DNA of 64,000 nt from Chitinophagales bacterium (GTDB taxonomy: Bacteria > Bacteroidota > Bacteroidia > Chitinophagales > JADIYW01): assembly GCA_017984135.1 (NCBI GenBank), contig JAGNZZ010000001.1, positions 185,832 through 249,831 of the forward strand, given 5' to 3'. Below are positions 47,772 to 57,273 of the stretch, in pieces (position 1 is the stretch's first letter; every line of letters begins with the position of its first letter). The position numbers were made by a program, and so were the translations under genes. Below the pieces are notes generated by a model. That model did no database searches. It had not been told where the DNA came from and worked only from the letters and a program-made list of their open reading frames with translations.

Positions 47772-49358
47772 ATGCTTAGTTTAATTTTTGCGTACCTACT
47801 TCATTATTTACTACATATTCCTTGTTATGGATTGTATAAAAAAGCAGGGAAAGAACCTACAAATGTTTTTATTCCTTTAGTGCAAGATTTTACTTTGTTA
47901 GAAATTATTGGTAGAAAAAAAAGCCATGCCTATTGGGGTTTAGTGCCTTATGTAAATTTTTTATTTGGTTTAACTTGGACTACAGATATTTGTAATTCGT
48001 TTGGGAAAAGAGCATTTTGGCAACATTTTATTGCCATTTTCGCAGGATATTTTTATTTTCCGATAATTGGCTTTGATAAAACTACAAAATACGAAGGTCC
48101 AAGTCATATCAATGATAAATTAAACAACGAAACAAGCATTTCAAAAACTAAAAAAATAACAAAACCCATTTTACCCAAACGTTCATTTGCACGTGAATGG
48201 GCAGATGCCATTTTATTTGCAGTAGTAGCCGCAACCATTATTCGAACATTTGTCATTGAAGCATATAAAATTCCAACCACTTCCATGGAAGGTTCATTGC
48301 TTGCCGGTGATTATTTATTTGTAAGTAAATTAAACTATGGTGCACGTGCGCCAATTACACCTATCGCTTTTCCATTTGCTCATCATACGATGCCATTTGG
48401 ATTGGGAAAAGCGTATTCTACTATTGTTCAAATTCCATATTTCAGATTGCCCTGTTTTGAACAGGTAAAACGTGGCGATGTAGTAGTATTTAATTATCCT
48501 GGCGATGCACTGGCATCACCCGAACGTCAAATTGATTACACGGATAGACCTTTAGATAAAAGGGAAAATTATGTAAAACGATGTGTGGCAATTGGTGGCG
48601 ATACCATGCTTATTAAAAACAAACGATTGTATATAAACAATATTGCACAAACACAATACAAGAATATGCAATTTTCATATATTGTATATACAAAACCTAA
48701 TGAGCCATTATCCGCAGATGTTTTAGAAAATATTGGATTGAATTGGTATAATGATTTAGCCGATCGCTCGTATTCAAACAATATTGGCGAACCGATTGCA
48801 CCAATTGATGCGTTAAAAGCAGATTATAATTCAGCAATTTCACAAAATATGGTTCAATTGTTTCTTACAAACAGTCAAGTAGAAGCATTAAGTAAACAAC
48901 CAAATGTGTTAAAAGTAGCACCTCGTGATTTACCTGCTATCGGTGGTGATTTATTGTTCGATGTAGTAGCTCAAAAATATAATTGGTCGGTGGATAATTA
49001 TGGAAGTTTAATTGTTCCCAAAAAAGGTTGGAACGTGGATTTAAGCAATCAAGAAAATTTTGATAAATATGCAAAAACCATTGAATTATTTGAGCATGCC
49101 AATGCTGTGGTAAATGGAAATCAACTTTTTGTAAATGGTCAAGTAGTGACTTCATATACTTTTAAACAAGATTATTTTTGGATGATGGGTGACAATAGAC
49201 ACAACTCTGAAGATTCACGTTTTTGGGGATTTGTTCCAGAGGATCATGTTGTGGGAAAACCATTATTTGTGTGGTTATCCATGGATAGTTTTAATGCATT
49301 TTTTGAATCTATTCATTGGAATAGAATGTTTAGAAGTGTTACTTCATTATGTAAGTAA
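47772..49358 (+). CDS. lepB: Signal peptidase I with N-terminal DUF5684-like membrane extension
   Basis: 528-aa ORF with S26 boxes IPTTSMEGSL (Ser), GDVVVFNYP, YVKRCVAIGGD (Lys) and GDNRHNSEDSRFWGFVP. The first ~125 aa resemble DUF5684 (YKKAGKEP...IPLV...FGK...FPIIGF). Confidence 0.9.
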   Translation: MLSLIFAYLLHYLLHIPCYGLYKKAGKEPTNVFIPLVQDFTLLEIIGRKKSHAYWGLVPYVNFLFGLTWTTDICNSFGKRAFWQHFIAIFAGYFYFPIIGFDKTTKYEGPSHINDKLNNETSISKTKKITKPILPKRSFAREWADAILFAVVAATIIRTFVIEAYKIPTTSMEGSLLAGDYLFVSKLNYGARAPITPIAFPFAHHTMPFGLGKAYSTIVQIPYFRLPCFEQVKRGDVVVFNYPGDALASPERQIDYTDRPLDKRENYVKRCVAIGGDTMLIKNKRLYINNIAQTQYKNMQFSYIVYTKPNEPLSADVLENIGLNWYNDLADRSYSNNIGEPIAPIDALKADYNSAISQNMVQLFLTNSQVEALSKQPNVLKVAPRDLPAIGGDLLFDVVAQKYNWSVDNYGSLIVPKKGWNVDLSNQENFDKYAKTIELFEHANAVVNGNQLFVNGQVVTSYTFKQDYFWMMGDNRHNSEDSRFWGFVPEDHVVGKPLFVWLSMDSFNAFFESIHWNRMFRSVTSLCK

Positions 49359-49399
49359 ATTTATTCGTTTTTATTTTTCATAAATAGATAGTAACAATT

Positions 49400-49828
49400 A
49401 TGGAAATAAATCCACCTAAAATTAAACTTGAAGATGGAATTAAATTCATCTTTTGTGCTGTACGAAAGAAGTGGCTACAACTTACACCCGAAGAAAAAGT
49501 TCGACAATTTATTATTTTTCAATTAGTCAACAGCTTTCATTTTCCATTGAAATATATTTCTGTTGAAAAAATGATTCTTGTAAATGGTTTAAAAAAAAGA
49601 TATGATATTGTGGTGTATAATCAAGCATTGCAAGCATCCATTTTAATTGAGTGCAAAGCAGAAAATATTGAAATATCAGAAGCCACCTGCCAACAAATTG
49701 CTACTTATAATTTAAACATGCAAGTTCCATATTTGATGATTAGTAATGGAAAAATGAGTTATTATTTTGAAATAAAAAATGATACCATTGTAAACATAAA
49801 CCAATTGCCTCCTTTTTCTGAATTGTAA
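49400..49828 (+). CDS. Small HsdR_N-like (type I restriction enzyme R N-terminal domain) protein
   Basis: 142-aa ORF with TPEEKVRQFII..L......PL.YISVEK......KKRYDIVVY......ILIECKA, a PD-(D/E)xK-like core as in the stand-alone HSDR_N_2 family. Confidence 0.6.
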   Translation: MEINPPKIKLEDGIKFIFCAVRKKWLQLTPEEKVRQFIIFQLVNSFHFPLKYISVEKMILVNGLKKRYDIVVYNQALQASILIECKAENIEISEATCQQIATYNLNMQVPYLMISNGKMSYYFEIKNDTIVNINQLPPFSEL

Positions 49829-49833
49829 AGAAA

Positions 49834-49857
49834 AACGGAAGCCTTATTGCTTCCGTT
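49834..49857. terminator. Hairpin terminator between convergent genes
   Basis: Stem AACGGAAGC / GCTTCCGTT with a 6-nt loop, flanked by an A-run upstream and T-rich sequence downstream. Confidence 0.7.
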
Positions 49858-49879
49858 CTTTGATGATATTTTTTTTATT

Positions 49880-51295
49880 TTATAAAAACCAACCGATTAA
49901 TTTTTTTATCAGTTTAGTTCCACTTTCTGTATAAGGCGGAAAACGTTGCTTAATATCACTAAATGTTGATTTTTTCAAAATTCCTTTTAAATGGCTGAAT
50001 GTGTCAAAGCTTACTTTTCCATGATACGCACCAATGCCACTCTCACCTACTCCACCAAATGGCAATTCAAATTGTCCAACATGCATTAAACATTCATTGA
50101 TGGATGCATTTCCTGATGAGGTTTCATTCAATATTCTATCTTGGTACATTTTATCATTTGAAAAAATATACAATGCCAATGGTTTATTTCTTGAGTTTAC
50201 AAATTTAATCGCGTCATCTAATTTATCATATTCAATTATTGGCAAAACTGGACCAAAAATTTCTTCGTTCATTACATCATCTTCAATAGAAACACTATCT
50301 AATAAAGTTGGTGCAATGTATTTCTCTTTAATATCGGTTTGTCCGCCCATAATTACATTGCCTTTCTCAATAAAACGGCTAACGCGTAAGAAATGTTTTT
50401 CGTTTATAATTCTTCCAAAATCAGGACTTTGTTGCGGATTTTCACCAAAAAATTCTTTGGTAGTTTGCTTAAATAATTCAATAAATCTTTGCTTTACTTT
50501 TTTATCTACTAAAACATAATCAGGAGCCACACATGTTTGACCTGCATTGGTAAATTTGCCCCAAACTAAACGTTTGATAGCCCATTTTTCATCAAAATTT
50601 TCATCCACAAAAGCCGGCGACTTTCCACCTAGTTCTAATGTAACAGGTGTTAAATGTTTAGCAGCAGCACTATAAATCTGACGACCAACATCTGGACTTC
50701 CGGTAAAGAAAATATAATCAAATTTTTGTTCCAATAATGCATTGCTTTGTTGAGTATCACAACGAACTACTTTTAAAAATCCAGCATCAAAATTTTCATT
50801 GATTAATTTTTCTAATAAAATGGCGGTATTTTCAGACATTCTGGAAGGACGAATTAAACAAGTATTCCCAGCAGCTACTGCACCAACAACCGGCGACAAT
50901 GCCAATTGAAATGGATAATTCCAAGGAGCAATAATAAATGTGCAACCAAATGGCTCGGCTTGAATCCATGAACTTCCTAATTGATGAAATAATGGTGTTT
51001 TTACTTTTCGTGGCTTAGACAAGGAACGAATATCTTTTAAAGTATGATCGATATCGGCAATCATAAACCCAATTTCTGTGCTATAGGCTTCCATGGATGA
51101 TTTATTCAAATCTGCCTTTAACGCATTCATAATTGCTTGTTCATTATCAACAATTAACTGACGTAATTTTTTTAATTGTTGTATTCTATAATCAACATCT
51201 TTTGTTTTTCCGGAATTGAAAAATGTGCGTTGTGCACTTATTAAGGATGTCGCATCAAATGTTGAATAAACTGAACTTTCAAGTGTAGTTGACAT
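49880..51295 (-). CDS. Aldehyde dehydrogenase, ALDH3-like (fatty/aromatic aldehyde type)
   Basis: 471-aa ORF with FTGSPDVG, ELGGKSP, the catalytic Cys in GQTCVAPDYVLV, and EEIFGPVLP. Confidence 0.9.
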   Translation of the reverse strand: MSTTLESSVYSTFDATSLISAQRTFFNSGKTKDVDYRIQQLKKLRQLIVDNEQAIMNALKADLNKSSMEAYSTEIGFMIADIDHTLKDIRSLSKPRKVKTPLFHQLGSSWIQAEPFGCTFIIAPWNYPFQLALSPVVGAVAAGNTCLIRPSRMSENTAILLEKLINENFDAGFLKVVRCDTQQSNALLEQKFDYIFFTGSPDVGRQIYSAAAKHLTPVTLELGGKSPAFVDENFDEKWAIKRLVWGKFTNAGQTCVAPDYVLVDKKVKQRFIELFKQTTKEFFGENPQQSPDFGRIINEKHFLRVSRFIEKGNVIMGGQTDIKEKYIAPTLLDSVSIEDDVMNEEIFGPVLPIIEYDKLDDAIKFVNSRNKPLALYIFSNDKMYQDRILNETSSGNASINECLMHVGQFELPFGGVGESGIGAYHGKVSFDTFSHLKGILKKSTFSDIKQRFPPYTESGTKLIKKLIGWFL

Positions 51296-51371
51296 ATTAA
51301 ACTAATTTATGCTCTAATTTAGTAATGATTATTGACATTTTATATTAATTTGATGAAATATCACACCAATC

Positions 51372-51379
51372 TAAATTTG
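51372..51379 (+). promoter_or_regulatory. Candidate -7 box TAAATTTG upstream of the 705-aa secreted protein gene
   Basis: Matches TAnnTTTG, 86 nt before the ATG at 51466. A T10 tract (51412-51421) lies between the box and the gene. Confidence 0.3.
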
Positions 51380-51465
51380 GTTTTAGATAATAACTGTTTA
51401 TAATTTATCTCTTTTTTTTTTGATGGATTAGTATTTTTTTGTAGTTTAGTTTAAATAAAAAAACT

Positions 51466-53583
51466 ATGAAATTTAATTATAATATCATCCTGACTTTATT
51501 ATGTATTTTTACAACTGTAAATTCCATTGCGCAGACGTATAATCCAAATCCTGAAACATGGATTATAAGTTCAGAAACTACACAATGTGAAACTTCGACG
51601 GATGAATGTTTATTGGTAAAACAAGCTGGAAAAAAAGAATTTGAAATTTTCAATGAAAAAATTGAAGGTTTTAATTTTGAAAAAGGTTATCAATATACCA
51701 TATCTGTAAAACAAGAAATTAAACAACCTCCAATTGCTGCCGGTGAATCAGTTTTTAAATATGTTCTATTAAAAGTGATTGCTCAAAAATCAACTTATAC
51801 ACCTGCTGAAACCATTAATAATAGCAATACTAGCAACAATAAATCAAAATTTTTTGATATTAATTATGAGACTGTTCCTTGTGGAAGCAATTACACACAA
51901 GCTTGTTTGTTGTTAAAAGAAAAAGGAAAAAGTGAATTTGAAATTTTTGAAGGTTCTATCTATGGTTTTAATTATCAAGCTGGATATAATTATACAATAG
52001 AAGTAAAAGAAACTGGAAATAGTAATTATTATTTGGTCAAAGAAATTAAAAAAACAAGCATTAATACTCCAGCAAACACGCAAGAAATTAATGCAACAAA
52101 TAATAACTCAATTTCAACAAATACTATAAACAATAAAATCATTCAACCAACATCAATACCAACAACGTCCAATTTAGATGGAAGATGGTATGTTAGAAAA
52201 ATTAAAGATTCAGATGGTTCGAGCTTTGTTACTGATGACAATGTATTGTGGATTGAAATCAACACGTTTAGAGATAAGTTGGATGGATTTGGTGCATGTA
52301 ATAAATTTGAAGCAGTTGTAAAATCCGACTTAAAAACAACTTGTCAAATAAGCAAAATTACTTCTACCTTTTCTAACTGTGGAAATAAGAAATTAGAAAA
52401 TTTATTTTTTCAATTATTGCAAGAAGTAAATCGATTCGAAATTAAAAATGGCAATTTAATTCTATCCAATCAATGGAACTTTTTACTAGGATTTACATCT
52501 AATCCAAATAATAAACAAGATATTCCAACCACATTCACACCTCCAACAATCGTTAGTAACAGCAATCTTGTGTATGCAACCAATAAAAATGAAGAAAATA
52601 AACCAAATACTACTTCAATTTCTAATTCATCTACAACAATTACAGAAACCAAAGTAAATCCTTCATCAAATGCGAATTTGGATGAATTAAAGCAAAAAGA
52701 AAATGAGATTGAAATCTTGAAAAAACAATTAGCAGAACAAGAAAAAGTAAAACAACAAAAAGAATTAGAAAAGAAAAATACGGAAGCATTAGCTCTTAAA
52801 CAACAACAAGAAGCACAAGAGAAAGCAACAATTGAAAAACAAAAATTAGCTAAACAAAAAGAAATTGATGATTTAAAGAAATTGATTGCAGAGAAAGAGA
52901 ACGACAATAATTTGAAAGAGACAGCATCGAATAAACCTAATTTAGCGGTTACTAAAAACGAAGAGAAAGCAAATGTTGATTTGAGTGATAATTCGAATGG
53001 AAATGATGAAAATTATGTAGAGAAAGTAAAAGTAGTCAACGATTATCAGATTACTAAATTTGTGAAAAATACTTCAAACACAAATATCCAAGATCCAGAC
53101 TTTCCATTACGACCATATTATTTAGATGGGAATGAATTGGTTAAATTAGAAAGGTCGGAAGCTAATTTTGCGGCAAAGGCAAAAGGCTTATATCGTGGTG
53201 TTGATAAACAAGTTCAAATTATGAAAGAAGAATCACCAATACAATTTGCTAAGAATAATATACCTAGATTTTTTATTTTGATTGAAGATGGTGATATCGA
53301 TCCTTATGATGTTGTAGATTTATGCAAAGCAGATAAAATAGGCAAAGGCAGACGAAATTTTACGTATGCTGGCGTAAAATACGGTGGACGAGTAAAAGAT
53401 GTTACCGGAAAACTAATACAATTGGATTTCAAAAAAATTAGAAAAGGTTTATATGAAATAATAATTGAACAAGAATTGCCTCAAGGTGAATATGCATTTT
53501 TACCATTATTTAGTGCCAATAGCATCTCATCTACTAATAGTGTAAAAGCAAATTGTTTTGGTGTGGTAGATACTGAAAACTGA
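51466..53583 (+). CDS. Secreted multidomain protein of unknown function: 2 x Cys-containing DUF4377-like module, META (HslJ-like) domain, coiled coil, unknown C-terminal domain
   Basis: 705-aa ORF with a signal peptide ...VNSIAQ. Two repeats of the pattern TW/Y...C....C.L.K..G...FEIF...I.GFN...GY.YTI.VK. META-like LDGRWYV...GFGACNKF...TFSNC...FEIKNGNLIL. K/E/Q-rich heptad region around aa 400-480. Confidence 0.6.
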   Translation: MKFNYNIILTLLCIFTTVNSIAQTYNPNPETWIISSETTQCETSTDECLLVKQAGKKEFEIFNEKIEGFNFEKGYQYTISVKQEIKQPPIAAGESVFKYVLLKVIAQKSTYTPAETINNSNTSNNKSKFFDINYETVPCGSNYTQACLLLKEKGKSEFEIFEGSIYGFNYQAGYNYTIEVKETGNSNYYLVKEIKKTSINTPANTQEINATNNNSISTNTINNKIIQPTSIPTTSNLDGRWYVRKIKDSDGSSFVTDDNVLWIEINTFRDKLDGFGACNKFEAVVKSDLKTTCQISKITSTFSNCGNKKLENLFFQLLQEVNRFEIKNGNLILSNQWNFLLGFTSNPNNKQDIPTTFTPPTIVSNSNLVYATNKNEENKPNTTSISNSSTTITETKVNPSSNANLDELKQKENEIEILKKQLAEQEKVKQQKELEKKNTEALALKQQQEAQEKATIEKQKLAKQKEIDDLKKLIAEKENDNNLKETASNKPNLAVTKNEEKANVDLSDNSNGNDENYVEKVKVVNDYQITKFVKNTSNTNIQDPDFPLRPYYLDGNELVKLERSEANFAAKAKGLYRGVDKQVQIMKEESPIQFAKNNIPRFFILIEDGDIDPYDVVDLCKADKIGKGRRNFTYAGVKYGGRVKDVTGKLIQLDFKKIRKGLYEIIIEQELPQGEYAFLPLFSANSISSTNSVKANCFGVVDTEN

Positions 53584-53712
53584 TAAATGAGGATTATTTC
53601 CTTTTAATAGAATTTGTATCTATTTTAAGTTTTGTACTTTTCAACACTTGTAAACATTATATAAACAGAACTACCACTGTTTAGTATTATATTTATTCAA
53701 GAAAATAAATGA

Positions 53713-55209
53713 ATGGTTTGTCCCAACTGCCATACTTCTTATCTAATTATTCCATTAAAAAATGGTGAAAAAAAATGGTGCGATTCCTGTGGAATGATAC
53801 TTTATACATTTGAAAACGATTCCATCCAATTATCAAACACATCTACGAATTCATTTAACAATGAAGCTGAATTAAGAGAACGAATAGCTAAAGAAAAAGA
53901 AGCACGTTTTAAAGAACAATTAGAACGAAAAGAAAAAGAAAATGAATTTAGAATTAAGTTGGAAAATGAACGTATCCTACAAGAACAGCAAGAACATAAA
54001 AGGAAACAACAGCAACGTGAAGAACAAGATAAATTATTTCAACTTCAAATAGATGAAGAAATAAGATTAAAAGAAAGGCTACATCAAGTGCAATTAGAAA
54101 AAGAAATTTTAGAATTTAAACGTCTTCAACAAAATAAAACCGAACAAGATACACAACGTTTAGAAAATGAAATAAAACAATTTCAACAACAATTATTACA
54201 ACTAGAATTAGAAAAAAATAAAAGAGAAGTAGATCTATTAGAAAAAATAAACAAAGAACGAGCAGAAAAAGAAAAATTAATTTTAGCTGAACAAGAACGA
54301 ATTGCTAAGCAAACCATTCAAATACAACTTCAAGAGCATGAACGACAACAGCATGATAAATTATTGTATGCACAATTGGAACAAGAACGACGCGATAAAG
54401 AACGATTAGAAAATGAATTACAACTAACTCAACAATCTTTACTACAACATGAACACCAAGAACATGCTCGTTTGCAAAAAGAATTATTAGCCAAGCAAGA
54501 ACAAGTAGCTCAACAAATTCATTATTCTTCTTCCAATAATACGATTCATCCCAAAAAAAAATACCTAAAATTAGTACTTCCTATTCTATGTGTATTGTTG
54601 GTATTAGGAGCAATTTTTAAGTATAAAAATAACGTTTCGTTTTTTCAAAATTCTACTACTAAAAATAGAGTATTAGCAAATCCTTCTAATCAGTTAAATG
54701 CAGTTAATTTGACAAAATTAAATGCTGATTCAACACTAATTTTGGCATTCAAAAATAACATTCAAAAAGTTGGTATTTTATCTTGGAATGAGATTTATGA
54801 AAATGAAATTAAAAACGTGGTTATTACTAATGTCAAACAAGATAGTAATGCGCTTTATTATGACGTGCATCTTCTTTTAGAGGATCAAGTGGGCACCAAA
54901 GCTAATGCGATACTTTCCATAAATTGTAAAAATTTATCATCCATTCGCACACAAAAAATTACGTATTCCAACATTGCACCGGCAAATGCTTGGTTTAGTT
55001 TTTCTACTATTCCAAATTGTTCCATAACAATGAATACCAACAACAATCCTATTCAACTTAAAACATGTTTGGACTGTGAAATACAAAAAATAGTTTCAGA
55101 TGTGAATACTGAAATTTCACTTCAAAATACATCCTCAATTTCAATAAAATCAGATAATAAATTTGATGCCATTGTAGATTTTACGTACACACCAATTTTA
55201 TCGCTTTAA
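53713..55209 (+). CDS. Membrane protein of unknown function: N-terminal zinc ribbon, ~220-aa E/Q/K/R-rich coiled coil, one TM helix, ~190-aa extracytoplasmic domain
   Basis: 498-aa ORF with CPNC...17 aa...CDSC at the N-terminus, a long charged heptad-like stretch, and the hydrophobic segment LKLVLPILCVLLVLGAIF. Confidence 0.55.
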   Translation: MVCPNCHTSYLIIPLKNGEKKWCDSCGMILYTFENDSIQLSNTSTNSFNNEAELRERIAKEKEARFKEQLERKEKENEFRIKLENERILQEQQEHKRKQQQREEQDKLFQLQIDEEIRLKERLHQVQLEKEILEFKRLQQNKTEQDTQRLENEIKQFQQQLLQLELEKNKREVDLLEKINKERAEKEKLILAEQERIAKQTIQIQLQEHERQQHDKLLYAQLEQERRDKERLENELQLTQQSLLQHEHQEHARLQKELLAKQEQVAQQIHYSSSNNTIHPKKKYLKLVLPILCVLLVLGAIFKYKNNVSFFQNSTTKNRVLANPSNQLNAVNLTKLNADSTLILAFKNNIQKVGILSWNEIYENEIKNVVITNVKQDSNALYYDVHLLLEDQVGTKANAILSINCKNLSSIRTQKITYSNIAPANAWFSFSTIPNCSITMNTNNNPIQLKTCLDCEIQKIVSDVNTEISLQNTSSISIKSDNKFDAIVDFTYTPILSL

Positions 55210-55213
55210 AAAA

Positions 55214-55837
55214 ATGAAAAACTATATTTGCATCCTTTTCCTATTTTTACCATTTACTATTTTGGCACAAAAAGGTATTCGTATTCCTGAAGTAAAATCA
55301 ACTTCCAAATCAATCAATACAAACGAAAATTATATAAAAACATGGACAATCAAATCAAGTATTTTGAAATGTATGGATAGTTTAAGTTGTTATTCCATTC
55401 TTGAAAATGGCATTCAAAAAACAATTCCAATTCAAGATGTTTCCAATTTTATTTTTGAAGATGGATATGAATATATAGTACAAGTAAAACAAAAATTAAA
55501 AGAAGCACCGATTCAAGTATTTGAAGACATTTATTTGTATTCTGTAATTAAACTTGTCCAAAAAAAAATAATTACTTCAGATGCGTCTTCTATTCCTGTT
55601 GTTACTAAAGATGAATTGCAAACAAATAAACAGGAACCCATTACTCCACCTGTAAATAGTACAAACGCAACAAATACAATTTATTACACCAATCCAGAAT
55701 CACCTATCACTGTTTCATCTTTGCAAAATGAAGTGAACGATTTAAAAATGCAATTAAAAGATTTTAAGAAAAGATTAGAAACCATGCAACTGCAATTAGA
55801 ATTACAATATAAATTGCTTGAAAATAAAGGAAAATGA
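55214..55837 (+). CDS. Secreted protein of unknown function: one DUF4377-like module plus C-terminal coiled coil
   Basis: 207-aa ORF starting 4 nt after the previous stop, with a signal peptide ...ILAQ. TWTIKSSILKCMDSLSCYSI...FIFEDGYEYIVQVKQ is paralogous to the two modules in 51466-53583. Confidence 0.55.
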   Translation: MKNYICILFLFLPFTILAQKGIRIPEVKSTSKSINTNENYIKTWTIKSSILKCMDSLSCYSILENGIQKTIPIQDVSNFIFEDGYEYIVQVKQKLKEAPIQVFEDIYLYSVIKLVQKKIITSDASSIPVVTKDELQTNKQEPITPPVNSTNATNTIYYTNPESPITVSSLQNEVNDLKMQLKDFKKRLETMQLQLELQYKLLENKGK

Positions 55838-55838
55838 T

Positions 55839-57125
55839 TTAAATAGTTGCCGACAAATCTGTCTGTTTAAAATTTCTTTTATTAAATTGTTCCGCCACAT
55901 TATTGGCTGTTTCTCTTCCCGAACGCAAAGCCGTTTCCATACTTCCTACGGATAAGCTATCGCCACACAAGAAAATAGTATCACTCACTTTTTTAGAGAA
56001 CTCAACTTCATCTAAAATAGGCTTAAATGGCATGGCATATTTTATATGATAAGTTTTTAAATGTTCCCAATCCATCACTTTCAATCCAAACCAACCCGAC
56101 AATTCTGTCATGCATCTGCCAATAAGTTCTTCGTCGTCCAAATCGTGCTCTTTCACCACGTTTACGGCTACTAAATGTTTGCCATTTGGAGCATAATTTG
56201 GATGCAATAAAGTAGGCACAAACAAATGATTAACTAATGTTGTGCCATTATCGCCATTCAACATAACAACTGGCTTACTTAATGGTGCTTTATCCGTTGA
56301 AAAATATAAAGTGGATGCGTGTGAACATTCTGCTGCAATAAATTTCTGTTGTAATATAATATTAGCATGTATCGCATTGGTTGCTACTATTACAAATTTA
56401 GATTCTATAAAATCTCCATTTAATAATTCCACGCCATTTTCTAACACTCGTTTTACTTTCGTCTTAAATTGAATAGTGTTTTTTTCTAATTTATGAGATA
56501 TTTCTTCTGCTATTTTTCCAATGCCATACTTAGGCAACGCTACGTGATCCTGAAACAACGATTTAAGATACACTTTTGAAAAACGAGAGGATGATTGTAA
56601 ATTATAATCAAAGATGCTTGCTGCTAACATCGGTCTGAAAAATGAATCGATAAAATTCTTACTAAATCCATTTTTTGATAAATATTCAAATGTTGATGAT
56701 TCATCTTCTTTTACCAATTTATTATAAGATGTTGTTTTTAATTTAGCATACAAACCAAACAATCTTATTTTATCTTTAAAAGTGGCATTTTTTGCCAATG
56801 CGGTTGAAATAGTATCCACTGTTTGATACAAAGGATTGGTAAATAAATTAAACGTATCCTTGTATTTTAATAAATATCCAGGATATGTATTTTTTAATTC
56901 TAATGTATTTAAGTTGATGATTTTAGATAATTCAGTGGTAGAATGATGATAGAAATGCACTCCACGATCTAAAATGAAACCATTCATTTTATCTGATCGA
57001 GCTCTGCCACCTACTTCTGAGGCTGCTTCCAATACCTTTACAGACAATCCTTTTTGCTGCAAATAATATGCTGCCGACAATCCAGAAAATCCTGCACCTA
57101 CTACGATTACATCCATGGGTTTCAT
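55839..57125 (-). CDS. NAD(P)/FAD-dependent oxidoreductase (amine oxidase / phytoene desaturase-like fold)
   Basis: 428-aa ORF with the VIVVGAGFSGLSAAYYLQQKGLSVKVLEA dinucleotide-binding motif and a C-terminal CGD...GS.E.A..SG pattern. Confidence 0.75.
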   Translation of the reverse strand: MKPMDVIVVGAGFSGLSAAYYLQQKGLSVKVLEAASEVGGRARSDKMNGFILDRGVHFYHHSTTELSKIINLNTLELKNTYPGYLLKYKDTFNLFTNPLYQTVDTISTALAKNATFKDKIRLFGLYAKLKTTSYNKLVKEDESSTFEYLSKNGFSKNFIDSFFRPMLAASIFDYNLQSSSRFSKVYLKSLFQDHVALPKYGIGKIAEEISHKLEKNTIQFKTKVKRVLENGVELLNGDFIESKFVIVATNAIHANIILQQKFIAAECSHASTLYFSTDKAPLSKPVVMLNGDNGTTLVNHLFVPTLLHPNYAPNGKHLVAVNVVKEHDLDDEELIGRCMTELSGWFGLKVMDWEHLKTYHIKYAMPFKPILDEVEFSKKVSDTIFLCGDSLSVGSMETALRSGRETANNVAEQFNKRNFKQTDLSATI

Positions 57126-57131
57126 TCAGAA

Positions 57132-57139
57132 CAAAATTA
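57132..57139 (-). promoter_or_regulatory. Candidate -7 box TAATTTTG (minus strand), 6 nt from the oxidoreductase start codon
   Basis: Plus strand CAAAATTA. The start codon (complement) is at 57123-57125. Confidence 0.4.
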
Positions 57140-57273
57140 GGTCAAATAGCATGCTAGATGCATTTAAATGAGATTAAGTATGTTTTAAGCGAAGTTTATG
57201 ATTGTTGTTGTTTTATTGATAATGAAGACATTATAAATATTCAAAAAACAACTATTTTGATTAATGAAGCTTT

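Noticed and set aside
49400-49828. The HsdR_N-like small protein as a remnant of a type I restriction-modification or other defence system.
   Set aside because: No methylase, specificity subunit, helicase/nuclease body or other defence gene is nearby. Stand-alone proteins of this size and family are common housekeeping-context genes in Bacteroidota, here directly after dapB-lepB.
52650-54500. Highly repetitive-looking AAG/GAA/CAA-rich nucleotide stretches that might be tandem DNA repeats or an array.
   Set aside because: I found no exact repeat unit or spacer structure. The periodicity is explained by codons for Lys/Glu/Gln in the long coiled-coil segments of the two ORFs.
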